NCBI RefSeq assembly: GCF_051097895.1
Contig: NZ_CP142525.1
Location: forward strand, 360,001-392,000
Length of the DNA stretch: 32,000 bases
Direction: 5' to 3'
Source: Psychrobacter sp. HD31
Lineage (GTDB): Bacteria; Pseudomonadota; Gammaproteobacteria; Pseudomonadales; Moraxellaceae
Part shown: piece by piece, positions 18,765 through 27,557 of the stretch
How positions within the stretch are numbered: position 1 is the stretch's first letter
Layout of the letters: each line of letters opens with the position of its first letter
Made by a program: the position numbers and the translations under genes
Notes under the pieces: generated by a model
Seen by the model: the letters and a program-made list of their open reading frames with translations, nothing else
Told to the model about the DNA's origin: nothing
Databases searched by the model: none

Positions 18765-19106
18765 TTAAACTTGCCTTGCATCTGCATACACCCAAGCGGT
18801 TGTGCCAGATTTAAACTTTGCAGAGACACGGGCATAATCATCTACCTCGTATTCGTCTGCTTGTGCAAGCTCATCATCGGTGATTTCAAATATTGTGCCT
18901 TGCACCTCATTACTATCATTACCGGTATGCACAAGTATCGGGTGGTATTCTTTACCACTTGCTTTTAATACGTTTGGGTCAGTAATGCGTACTTCTCCAA
19001 GCACATACCCAAGCAATACATCTTGCACGCCGTTAAGCTTACGCCCAAAGGTTTCCAATTGTACGTTTTCTTGCTGTAGTGTGCCGTAAGAAAAAAGCTT
19101 TTGCAT
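18765..19106 (-). CDS. gamma-glutamylcyclotransferase-like protein (GGACT/AIG2-like fold)
   Basis: Trimmed to ATG 19106; the tracked ORF begins at a TTG. N-terminal LFSYGTLQ motif and ~113 aa size fit the family. 20-nt gap before the SMR gene. Confidence 0.65.
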   Translation of the reverse strand: MQKLFSYGTLQQENVQLETFGRKLNGVQDVLLGYVLGEVRITDPNVLKASGKEYHPILVHTGNDSNEVQGTIFEITDDELAQADEYEVDDYARVSAKFKSGTTAWVYADARQV

Positions 19107-19162
19107 AATGCGTCTCAATTTTTGTTTTAAAAAGCATTTATTTGCCAAACACTTTTTAAACT

Positions 19163-19197
19163 AAAAAACCAATCCCCTGTATTTTATACAAGGGATT
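19163..19197 (-). terminator. rho-independent terminator after gcvH
   Basis: Minus strand AATCCCTTGTAT-AAA-ATACAGGGGATT (12-bp stem, one mismatch) followed by GGTTTTTTAG, beginning 13 nt after the gcvH stop. Confidence 0.8.
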
Positions 19198-19209
19198 GAT
19201 TAACACAGA

Positions 19210-19590
19210 TTATAGTTCGTTCTGATAATCTTCAGCACTCATCAAACCGTCATAATCTTCAGCGTTAGCTGGTTTGATACGGAAGAACCAACCATCACCA
19301 TATGGATCAGAGTTAATCACTTCTGGTTCATCTTCTAGGTTTTCGTTAATTGCAACAATTTCGCCAGCAATTGGTGCATAAACGTCAGAGGCGGCTTTTA
19401 CTGACTCAACCACACCGGCTTCGTCATCTGCGGCTAACTCGTCACCAACTTCTGGTAGTTCAACGTATACGATATCGCCAAGCAAGTCTTGTGCGTGTTC
19501 GGTAATACCAACGGTGATTGTACCGTCTTCTTCTTTACGTAACCATTCGTGGCTAGAAACGTACTTTAGTTCTGCTGGAATATTGCTCAT
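19210..19590 (-). CDS. gcvH: glycine cleavage system H protein
   Basis: 126 aa. Lipoyl-lysine motif [13 protein letters not shown] and canonical N-terminus [10 protein letters not shown]. Confidence 0.95.
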   Translation of the reverse strand: MSNIPAELKYVSSHEWLRKEEDGTITVGITEHAQDLLGDIVYVELPEVGDELAADDEAGVVESVKAASDVYAPIAGEIVAINENLEDEPEVINSDPYGDGWFFRIKPANAEDYDGLMSAEDYQNEL

Positions 19591-19725
19591 GAGTTTTCTC
19601 CTGTAAGCATTGGGTTTTTATGTTGGGGTTATGAGTGAACCTAAACTATTTTTAATCTGGGCTTTAAATTAAACGTGTCGTTCCTGCCTTAATCAATAAT
19701 CCATAGGGAAGGAACATACACATTA

Positions 19726-20871
19726 TTAATCAAACTGTTTTTCGCCATTTCTTACAAATGGTAATTTAATGACACGCACATCAACAAACTTGCCTTTACC
19801 GCGCAAATCAACCTGCACCGTATCTTCTTCAGTTGTTGATAAAGGGATGCGAGCAATGGCAATAGAGTGTTCTAGGCTAGGCGAGAATGTACCACTTGAG
19901 ATGATGCCGGTTTGTTCGTTTTCTGTACCTTGATTAATGGTGACAGTCATACCGGCACGCAATACACCACGGCTTTCAAGTACTAAGCCAACTTGCTTCA
20001 TTGCGCTACCAGCTTCTTTACTGGCTTTGCGTTTTGCTACTAAGGCATCACGACCAACAAAGGCACGCTCATCTTTAAGGGCAAGTGTCCAGCCCATGTT
20101 GCACTCATATGGGCTGACGGTTTCATCCATGTCATTGCCATACAAGTTCATACCGGCTTCTAAACGCAATGTATCACGTGCACCTAAGCCAGTTGGTGCA
20201 ATACCATTGTCTTTTAATAAAGCAAAAAATGCATTGGCAGCATCGGCAGGTAAAATCACTTCCACGCCATCTTCGCCAGTGTAGCCAGTGCGTGCAACAA
20301 ACCAATCTTGGGCTTCTATTTCTGTTAAATCAGCACCAACAAATGGTTTTAGTTGTTGTAGGGTTTCTGCCCATGCAGGTTTTGCCTGGCTTAGTTTGCT
20401 AATGGCATTAGGACCCTGCACAGCAAGCATGGCAAGTTCTGGGCGTTCGGTTAATGTGACATCAAAACCTTGTGCTACTTTATTAAACTGAGCCAAATCT
20501 TTATCACGTGTTGCAGCGTTAGAAACGATACGGTAGTTTGTTTCGGCTTCATCCATGCGATAAACAATTAAGTCATCAATTACTCCGCCATCGTCATTTA
20601 ACATGCCAGAATAAAGTGCTTTACCAACAAACTTAAGTTTGTTTACATCATTTGCAATGAGTTTTTGCAACCAGTTTTTTGCTTCACTGCCGTTAATGTC
20701 TGTTACCACCATGTGCGAAACATCAAACATACCTGCGTCAGTACGCACAGCGTTGTGTTCTTCTATTTGAGAGCCGTAATGGATTGGTAATGCCCAACCA
20801 GAGAAGTCGACGATTTTGCCGTTGGCATCTATATGAGATTGATAAAATGGTGTGTTGTTAAGCTCAGACAT
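19726..20871 (-). CDS. gcvT: aminomethyltransferase, glycine cleavage T protein
   Basis: 381 aa. [47 protein letters not shown] blocks. AAGGA Shine-Dalgarno upstream. Confidence 0.95.
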   Translation of the reverse strand: MSELNNTPFYQSHIDANGKIVDFSGWALPIHYGSQIEEHNAVRTDAGMFDVSHMVVTDINGSEAKNWLQKLIANDVNKLKFVGKALYSGMLNDDGGVIDDLIVYRMDEAETNYRIVSNAATRDKDLAQFNKVAQGFDVTLTERPELAMLAVQGPNAISKLSQAKPAWAETLQQLKPFVGADLTEIEAQDWFVARTGYTGEDGVEVILPADAANAFFALLKDNGIAPTGLGARDTLRLEAGMNLYGNDMDETVSPYECNMGWTLALKDERAFVGRDALVAKRKASKEAGSAMKQVGLVLESRGVLRAGMTVTINQGTENEQTGIISSGTFSPSLEHSIAIARIPLSTTEEDTVQVDLRGKGKFVDVRVIKLPFVRNGEKQFD

Positions 20872-20998
20872 AACAAATCCTTTTAATTAACTTGTTTGTA
20901 ATAGGGTAAATGTACACAAAAATACCACCGTCATAAACGATAGTACTATCATAAAATTAAATGCCAATAAATCTAAAATACTAGCCTTCATTTACCCC

Positions 20999-21346
20999 AT
21001 CTGTCCGCTTTACCTGAGATTTTCAACTGTTTTGGCATAGCCAATACTGGCCGTTTGCAGTTTTTTCCCCTTCGGTGATGTTAACTTCATGATATAAAAT
21101 CAACATACTCTCCAGATTTGTCATCTTCTTAATGGTAAGATGAGTATTCCAGTCCGTTTACCTGAGCGATTGACAGGGTGTTTACGCCTTCGGTGACCAT
21201 TTGTTGTTATGTTGTTTTGTGTTAATTTTTTGCATAAAGCAATATTTAAGACTAAAAACAACATACTTAGCAATGCCAAATTTAAGCTATGATATAATAG
21301 CGCTTGTCAAAATTTGTAAGACTAAAACAATAGTACTCTCCTGAGA
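20999..21346 (-). promoter_or_regulatory. tandem glycine riboswitch (two aptamers) in the gcvT leader
   Basis: Minus-strand cores read directly. Aptamer 1: GGAGAG (21341-21336), CACCGAAGGCG (21195-21185), CTCAGGTAAACGGAC (21166-21152). Aptamer 2: P1 ATCTG/CAGAT, GGAGAG (21113-21108), CACCGAAGGGG (21077-21067), CTCAGGTAAAGCGGAC (21018-21003). The position upstream of gcvT is the classic context. Confidence 0.88.
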
Positions 21347-21355
21347 TACATGCCC

Positions 21356-21384
21356 ATTATGGAAAAAACTGGCTAATTTTACAA
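21356..21384 (-). promoter_or_regulatory. candidate sigma70 promoter for the riboswitch-gcvTH transcript
   Basis: Minus strand TTGTAA (21384-21379), 17-nt spacer, CATAAT (21361-21356). The predicted start falls about 5 nt before the aptamer 1 P1 helix. Confidence 0.5.
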
Positions 21385-21526
21385 GTGAATTAGTAGTTTT
21401 ATTTTTGTATTTTGCTACAGGTTATGTTTTAGTTATGTTTGCTTTTTTTGTTTGTGTAGATGTCAGCTGTTTTGCTGAAACTAAAAGATTAAAACTAAAC
21501 TGTAAAATAAAAAGGTTGCTTGTTTA

Positions 21527-21847
21527 ATGCACTGTGATATTTATAAGTTCCCAAAACATGATGATTTATATGTTTATATTGCCCGTCCAAACTATCCAGA
21601 TGATACGGAAGAATTAACAGATTGGTTAGGGGTATTACCCAGCGATTTTAGGGCAGGATTAGGCAAAAGTGAGTTTGTCATGCATCTAGATTTAGCCGCT
21701 CAACAAAAATTGGCAAGGGTTGATATTAAAGAAGTTTTAGCCAAATTAAATGAGCAAGGTTATTATGTACAGATGCCGCCAAATGATGTTATGGTAAGAC
21801 AAGCTGAGTTAAGAGCAAAAGCTGCTCAAGACAAAATTTATGATTAA
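21527..21847 (+). CDS. ycgL: YcgL-domain protein
   Basis: 106 aa. CDIYKFPKHDDLYVYI ... EQGYYVQMPP matches my recollection of E. coli YcgL (CVIYRSSKRDQTYLYV ... EQGYYLQLPP). Confidence 0.8.
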   Translation: MHCDIYKFPKHDDLYVYIARPNYPDDTEELTDWLGVLPSDFRAGLGKSEFVMHLDLAAQQKLARVDIKEVLAKLNEQGYYVQMPPNDVMVRQAELRAKAAQDKIYD

Positions 21848-21936
21848 AAAAAGTGCGCATGCTAAACTGTGTGCTGGTTTAAAATAATCATATCGCACCA
21901 AATAGAATGTAAAATAATTTAGGAAATACTTTTAAA

Positions 21937-22374
21937 ATGGCTTGGTTAAAAGACTTTATAACAAATCTGCCGCTTGATGATATTAGCGAAAAAACCAATT
22001 ATGTGGTGCAACTATGGTCTAACTTAGTTAAAGATGTCCCTGCAGATGATTTGCCAGTATATGTGTATCTTGGTGGTAGCATTATTGCACTTATCCTGTG
22101 GCTATTTGTATCTCGTGTTTTACCAAAACCATTGGGTGGTATGAGTTGGGTAATATTGTTTGCGGTGTTGCTCACCCCAGGAGCATCCTATGATCATTCT
22201 GGAGAAATCGCGCCAGCAAGTATGGGGGTTGTGCACTCATTATTAATGAAAGACTTTGTACAAGCCATCTCAAATCTTGTGCCAATTTTGTTTGTTGTGG
22301 TTGTTGGCTTCTTTTTAGGGTTTATTTGGCAAGTGATGTTATCTAGCATGAACAAAAATAAAAATACTGCATAG
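21937..22374 (+). CDS. hypothetical small membrane protein
   Basis: 145-aa ORF with about three hydrophobic segments. No family recognised. Followed by a terminator. Confidence 0.55.
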   Translation: MAWLKDFITNLPLDDISEKTNYVVQLWSNLVKDVPADDLPVYVYLGGSIIALILWLFVSRVLPKPLGGMSWVILFAVLLTPGASYDHSGEIAPASMGVVHSLLMKDFVQAISNLVPILFVVVVGFFLGFIWQVMLSSMNKNKNTA

Positions 22375-22427
22375 AACGTTTAGAGAATCAAAAATTAGTA
22401 TCCTAAATACATTGTAAATAGAGATTA

Positions 22428-22452
22428 GGTAACCAAAGGGTTGCCTTTTTTT
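22428..22452 (+). terminator. rho-independent terminator
   Basis: GGTAACC-aaa-GGGTTGCC hairpin (7 bp with one G-U pair) followed by TTTTTTT. A second perfect 8-bp hairpin CCATAAAC/GTTTATGG follows at 22456-22477. Confidence 0.7.
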
Positions 22453-22527
22453 GTGCCATAAACTTGTTTGTTTATGGTATAAAGGGTGATATTTATTTTT
22501 AATAATCTAAACGTATAGGACGTATGT

Positions 22528-23385
22528 ATGACACAAACAAATAACACGCAATTTACAGGTACACAAAACTATATTGCCACAGAAGACTTACAGCTAGCCG
22601 TAAATGCCAGTATAACACTACAAAAACCTTTACTAATTAAAGGCGAGCCAGGCACAGGTAAAACCTTACTGGCAGAAGAGATTGCCAAAAGTTTAGATAT
22701 GCCACTAATTACTTGGCATATTAAATCCACCACAAAGGCTGAACAAGGCTTGTATGAATATGATGCCGTTTCTCGCTTACGTGACTCACAATTAGGTGAG
22801 GATAGGGTATATGACATTAACAACTACATTAAACCAGGTAAACTATGGGAGGCATTTACCAGCGAGCAACGTAGCGTATTGTTGATTGATGAAGTTGATA
22901 AAGCGGATATTGAGTTTCCTAACGACTTATTGCATGAACTCGATAAGATGTCATTTTATGTATACGAAACAGGGGAGACCGTTACTGCTCAGCAACGCCC
23001 TGTGGTGATTATCACTTCAAATAACGAAAAAGAACTGCCAGATGCATTTTTACGTCGTTGTTTCTTCCATTATATTGATTTTCCTGATGAGCATACCATG
23101 CGTCAGATTATTGATGTGCATTTCCCCAACATCAAAGAAAAATTAATTAATGAAGCATTAACCTTGTTTTTTAAACTACGAGAACTGCAAGGGCTAAAAA
23201 AACCACCTTCGACCTCTGAGCTGGTAGATTGGTTAACGCTGTTAATGGCAGACGATAATGCCCAGCAGAAATTAGAAGATACGCTGTCTGGTAATACCGG
23301 TGAGCTACCATTAGCAGGTGCCTTGTTAAAAAATGAGGCAGATATGGAATTGTTAGCAAGGTTTAATAACTTACTTAGAGGCTAA
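22528..23385 (+). CDS. MoxR-like AAA+ ATPase
   Basis: 285 aa. Walker A GEPGTGKT, Walker B LLIDEVDK, sensor-1 region VIITSNN, LPDAFLRRC arginine region. The size and the downstream VWA partner fit a MoxR/CoxD-like pair. Confidence 0.85.
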   Translation: MTQTNNTQFTGTQNYIATEDLQLAVNASITLQKPLLIKGEPGTGKTLLAEEIAKSLDMPLITWHIKSTTKAEQGLYEYDAVSRLRDSQLGEDRVYDINNYIKPGKLWEAFTSEQRSVLLIDEVDKADIEFPNDLLHELDKMSFYVYETGETVTAQQRPVVIITSNNEKELPDAFLRRCFFHYIDFPDEHTMRQIIDVHFPNIKEKLINEALTLFFKLRELQGLKKPPSTSELVDWLTLLMADDNAQQKLEDTLSGNTGELPLAGALLKNEADMELLARFNNLLRG

Positions 23386-23415
23386 TGGTCAGTCTTTTTT
23401 GGAGGTTAACAAGCC

Positions 23416-24615
23416 ATGTTTTTAAAATTATTTTACACCTTACGTACCTATGGTGTGCCTGTAACCACACGTGAATTGCTAGATTTACATTCAGCATTAG
23501 ATAAGGGACTGGTAAACAGTCTTAACTATAGCCGAGATGAGATGTATCGGTTATTAAAGCTGTGTATGGTTAAAGATGAACGCCATTTTGATAAGTTTGA
23601 CAGGGCAATGGCAGATTATTTTGATGGGGTAGATACCCTTGATATGGATGAACTGTTATCCAAACTCAGCAATATACCAAAAGAGTGGCTGGAGCTAAAG
23701 CTTGACCCAAAAAACTTAACCGAAGAACAACGCCGGCTACTTAAAAAATATGGCTCACTAGAAGAGCTAATGAAAGCCCTAGAAGAGCGCTTAAAAGAGC
23801 AAAAAGAACGGCACCAAGGTGGCAGTAAGTGGGTTGGTACAGGTGGTACCTCTCCATTTGGGGCCTATGGCGACCACCCAGAGGGGGTTAGAGTAGGTGG
23901 CGAGTCACGCAAACGTAGTGCTGTTAAAGTTTGGGAACAGCGCAAATATCGTAACTTAGATGATGATAGCCAATTGGGTACAAGGCAGTTGCAAATGGCA
24001 CTGCGTAATTTGCGTCAGTTTGCCCGAACCGGTAGTGCCGATGAATTAGATATCCATGAAACCATACGTAAAACGGCGGAAAAAGGGCTGTTAGATATTC
24101 GTATGCAACCAGAGCGTCGAAACCGCGTTAAAGTGCTGATGTTGTTTGATATTGGCGGCAGTATGGATGTGCATGTGGAGGGGTTGGAACGTTTATTTAC
24201 GGCTGCAAAAAATGAGTTTAAAACGCTTGAGTTTTATTATTTTCACAACTGCTTGTATGATTTTGTTTGGAAAGATAATAACCGCCGCCATAGCGAACGT
24301 ATATCTACCTATGAACTACTCAATAAATATGGGCGAGAATATCGGGTGATATTTGTAGGTGATGCTTCTATGTCACCTTATGAGTTGTTTAGTGTTGGTG
24401 GTAGTGTTGAGTATATGAATTCTGAAGCTGGCATAGTCTGGCTTAAGCGTATTTTGTCGCATTTTGATAAGGTCGCTTGGCTTAACCCAGAGCATCAAGA
24501 CTATTGGATGTACACTCAAACTATTGTTGAAATTAACAAATTATTTGAAAACAATATGTACCCAATGACATTGCATGGTATTGAAGACATGACTGATTAT
24601 ATGGCAAGGGGTTAG
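23416..24615 (+). CDS. VWA-domain protein (CoxE-like partner of MoxR ATPase)
   Basis: 399 aa. N-terminus MFLKLFYTLRTYGVPVTTRELLDL and a C-terminal VWA region beginning KVLMLFDIGGSMD (MIDAS position, residues 245-249). Confidence 0.75.
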   Translation: MFLKLFYTLRTYGVPVTTRELLDLHSALDKGLVNSLNYSRDEMYRLLKLCMVKDERHFDKFDRAMADYFDGVDTLDMDELLSKLSNIPKEWLELKLDPKNLTEEQRRLLKKYGSLEELMKALEERLKEQKERHQGGSKWVGTGGTSPFGAYGDHPEGVRVGGESRKRSAVKVWEQRKYRNLDDDSQLGTRQLQMALRNLRQFARTGSADELDIHETIRKTAEKGLLDIRMQPERRNRVKVLMLFDIGGSMDVHVEGLERLFTAAKNEFKTLEFYYFHNCLYDFVWKDNNRRHSERISTYELLNKYGREYRVIFVGDASMSPYELFSVGGSVEYMNSEAGIVWLKRILSHFDKVAWLNPEHQDYWMYTQTIVEINKLFENNMYPMTLHGIEDMTDYMARG

Positions 24616-24624
24616 TGTACAAAT

Positions 24625-25215
24625 ATGACGCAGCAAAACACTAACCTTAAACCACAAGACAAACAGCAACCGCTTGATAGTAAACCAGCCACCTATTGTG
24701 ATTATGTGGCTAACTTACCTGCTGATAATGTGCATCGTATCTATCATGATACCCAATATGGCTTTGCTATTGATGATGACAACGAGCTATTTGGACGTTT
24801 GATTTTAGAGATAAACCAAGCTGGGTTATCTTGGGATATTATTTTAAAAAAGCAGCATAACTTTGCTAAAGCGTATGATAACTTTGATATAGCAACTGTT
24901 GCCGCCTATGATGAGGCAGAGCGAGAAAGGTTGCTAAGTGATGCTGGTATCATACGTAACAAATTAAAGGTTAATGCTGCTATTTATAATGCACAGCAAA
25001 TTTTAAAGTTACAAGCCGAACATGGCTCATTTAAAGCATGGTTAGATGCCAATCATCCGATGGAACATAAAGCGTGGGTGAAGCTGTTTAAAAAAACCTT
25101 TAAATTTACAGGCGGTGAGATTACCAAAGAGTTTTTAATGAGTACTGGTTATTTACCAGGTGCCCATGTAGAGGGGTGTCCTATTTACGACAAGCTTAGA
25201 CATCAAAAATTGTAA
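24625..25215 (+). CDS. tag: DNA-3-methyladenine glycosylase I
   Basis: 196 aa. YHDTQYGFAIDDDNELFGRLILEINQAGLSW, AGIIRNKLK and C-terminal HVEGCPIY follow the Tag pattern. Starts 9 nt after the VWA stop. Confidence 0.88.
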   Translation: MTQQNTNLKPQDKQQPLDSKPATYCDYVANLPADNVHRIYHDTQYGFAIDDDNELFGRLILEINQAGLSWDIILKKQHNFAKAYDNFDIATVAAYDEAERERLLSDAGIIRNKLKVNAAIYNAQQILKLQAEHGSFKAWLDANHPMEHKAWVKLFKKTFKFTGGEITKEFLMSTGYLPGAHVEGCPIYDKLRHQKL

Positions 25216-25236
25216 TCTTGTTTAGATATTAATAAT

Positions 25237-25265
25237 AAGAAAGCTAGGAATAACCTAGCTTTCTT
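25237..25265. terminator. perfect 12-bp hairpin between convergent tag and metG
   Basis: AAGAAAGCTAGG-aataa-CCTAGCTTTCTT. U-tracts are modest on both strands. Confidence 0.65.
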
Positions 25266-25281
25266 ATATGCGCTTTGTTGT

Positions 25282-27366
25282 TTACGCTAATACAGAACCA
25301 ATTTCTGCTTCTTCTGGCATGGTAGCAACCACAAGCTTGCCATCTTTTTCTGCCGAGATAACCATACCTTCAGACACGCCAAACTTCATTTTACGTGGGG
25401 CAAGGTTGGTAACACAAATGACCTTTTTACCTTGCAACTGTTCTGGCTCATAAAACTTGCGGATACCACTAAATACATTGCGTGTGTTTTCTTCACCCAC
25501 GTCTAAGGTAAGCTGTAGCAGCTTATCGGCACCTTCTACATGGTTACAGTCAATCACTTTAGCAACTTTCATTTCAACTTTAGCAAAGTCTTTAATATCA
25601 ATGTAATTTGGTGATGTGTCTTTTTTAGTTGGCTTCTCTGCTTTTTTGCCAGGCTCAGGTGCTGCCGCAATGGTTTGTTTAGAGGCATCAATCATGGTAT
25701 CAATTTGTTTTTGCTCAACCCGTTGCATTAGCGGTTTAAACTTGTTGATTTCATGACCCAATAATAACTCTGTACGGCTGCTAAATAACAAGTCATCAAC
25801 ATTTAAAAATGCTTTTGCGTTGTCCGCAAGCTCTGGTAAAACAGGCGCAAGATAAGTCACTAGTTGACGGAAAATATTTAGCGCAACCGAGCAAGCATCT
25901 TGTACTTCTTGCTCTTTACCTTCTTGTTTTGCTAAAGCCCAAGGCTTTTTGTTATCAATGTATTCATTTGCTTTGTCAGCACATGCCATAATCAAACGCA
26001 TGGCTTTTGCAAACTCGCGGTTTTCGTATGCTTGGGCAATTTCATCACCGGCATTAACAATACCTTCAAGTAGTTCTGGCTCACTACAAGTATCAGACAA
26101 TTTACCATCATACTTTTTGTAGATAAAACCGGCACTACGGCTGGCAATATTAACAACCTTACCCACTAAATCAGAGTTTACTTTTTGCATAAACTCAGCC
26201 ATATCTAAGTTTAAGTCTTCTACGGTGTCAGACAGCTTACTGGCAAAATAATAACGTAGGTATTCTGGATGCAGGTGCTGTGCATAGGTAGATGCCTTAA
26301 TAAATGTGCCACGAGATTTACTCATTTTTTCGCCATTTACGGTTAAAAAACCATGCGCAAATACACCGTTAGGCGTACGGAAATTAGCACCTGTTAGCAT
26401 GGCAGGCCAAAATAAAGAGTGGAATGAAATAATGTCTTTACCAATAAAGTGATAAATCTCTGTTTTATCCGCGTATTCTGCCAGCCAATAATCATCAAAA
26501 CTTAAATCGCTGCGACGCTTGCATAGGTTGTTAAAGCTTGCCATATAGCCAACAGGGGCATCTAGCCAAACATAAAAGTATTTGTCAGGTTCATCTGCTG
26601 GTGTATTAGGGATTTTAAAACCAAAATAAGGGGCATCACGGCTGATATCCCACTTAATTAAACCAGAATCTAACCACTCATTTAGTTTGTTAGATACGGA
26701 TGATTGCAAATGCTGTTTGCCATTTGTTTGTCCAGTTGTCCAAGCTTTTAAAAAGTCTTGAAATTGTGGTAAATCAAAAAAGTAGTGTTTAGAACTTTTT
26801 AAAACAGGTGTTGCACCTGATAAAGTTGAATACGGGTTTTTTAACTCTGTGGCATTATAAGTTGCGCTACAACTTTCACAGTTGTCGCCATATTGTTCAG
26901 GTGTGTCACAATTTGGACATTCTCCCTTTACATAGCGGTCAGCTAGGAACATCTGTTTTTCTGGATCAAATAGTTGTTCTACATCTTCACTGACAATATA
27001 ACCTGCTTCATTCAAACGGTTGTATATCAGCTCTGACATCTCACGGTTTTCTTCACTGTGGGTGGTGTAGTAGTTGTCATAACCAATCAAAAACTTAGAA
27101 AAATCTGTTTCGTGAGCTTCTCTAACTTTGCTAATAAAGTCTTCTGGCGAGGTATTGGCTTCATCTGCTTTTAGCGTGATTGCGGTACCGTGTGCATCGT
27201 CTGCACAGACGTAAGTAACCTTATGACCTTGTGCCTTCATTGCACGTACCCAAATATCAGTTTGAATATGTTCAACCAAATGCCCTAAATGGATGTCGCC
27301 ATTGGCATAAGGTAGGGCAGAAGTTACTAAAATATTACGGGATGAAGTTTGGTTGGTTTGTTGCAC
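25282..27366 (-). CDS. metG: methionyl-tRNA synthetase (with C-terminal Trbp111/EMAPII-like domain)
   Basis: 694 aa. GTG start with AAGGTG upstream. HIGH-type motif (ANGDIHLGH), KMSKS present, zinc knuckle CPNC..CESC. Confidence 0.96.
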   Translation of the reverse strand: MQQTNQTSSRNILVTSALPYANGDIHLGHLVEHIQTDIWVRAMKAQGHKVTYVCADDAHGTAITLKADEANTSPEDFISKVREAHETDFSKFLIGYDNYYTTHSEENREMSELIYNRLNEAGYIVSEDVEQLFDPEKQMFLADRYVKGECPNCDTPEQYGDNCESCSATYNATELKNPYSTLSGATPVLKSSKHYFFDLPQFQDFLKAWTTGQTNGKQHLQSSVSNKLNEWLDSGLIKWDISRDAPYFGFKIPNTPADEPDKYFYVWLDAPVGYMASFNNLCKRRSDLSFDDYWLAEYADKTEIYHFIGKDIISFHSLFWPAMLTGANFRTPNGVFAHGFLTVNGEKMSKSRGTFIKASTYAQHLHPEYLRYYFASKLSDTVEDLNLDMAEFMQKVNSDLVGKVVNIASRSAGFIYKKYDGKLSDTCSEPELLEGIVNAGDEIAQAYENREFAKAMRLIMACADKANEYIDNKKPWALAKQEGKEQEVQDACSVALNIFRQLVTYLAPVLPELADNAKAFLNVDDLLFSSRTELLLGHEINKFKPLMQRVEQKQIDTMIDASKQTIAAAPEPGKKAEKPTKKDTSPNYIDIKDFAKVEMKVAKVIDCNHVEGADKLLQLTLDVGEENTRNVFSGIRKFYEPEQLQGKKVICVTNLAPRKMKFGVSEGMVISAEKDGKLVVATMPEEAEIGSVLA

Positions 27367-27557
27367 AAAATCACCTTAGGTTAAAAGCAAATTAAATAGA
27401 ATTATAGAAGTGTGCTATATGATAGTTGATTTGAGCTTTTTTTAAAAGTTTGTATTTATTAATATATTTTTAAGTTTACAAATGTTCTTTAATTATATAT
27501 TTTAGTATGTGTCTTTATTCAAAAAAAGCATACACTCATTCAATAAAGGAGTAGAAA

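Noticed and set aside
18745-19148. N-terminal extensions of the SMR (to 18795) and GGCT-like (to 19148) ORFs, which would make the two genes overlap by 31 nt
   Set aside because: Both extended starts are TTG codons with no ribosome-binding site. The internal ATGs (18744, 19106) restore the canonical family N-termini (MSYVYL..., MQKLFSYGTLQ).
19680-19715. Hairpin GTTCCTGCC...GGAAGGAAC in the gcvT-gcvH spacer as a terminator or REP element
   Set aside because: The stem has an internal mismatch, an 18-nt loop and no U-tract, and there is no second copy in the window. It is probably at most an mRNA-stability element within the gcvTH transcript.
21084-21098. 15-nt identity TTCATGATATAAAAT shared between the antisense strand of riboswitch aptamer 2 (21084-21098) and the liu-leader promoter region (29050-29064)
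   Set aside because: A single AT-rich 15-mer match is about what chance predicts in a 32-kb AT-rich window compared against itself on both strands. No extended similarity flanks it.
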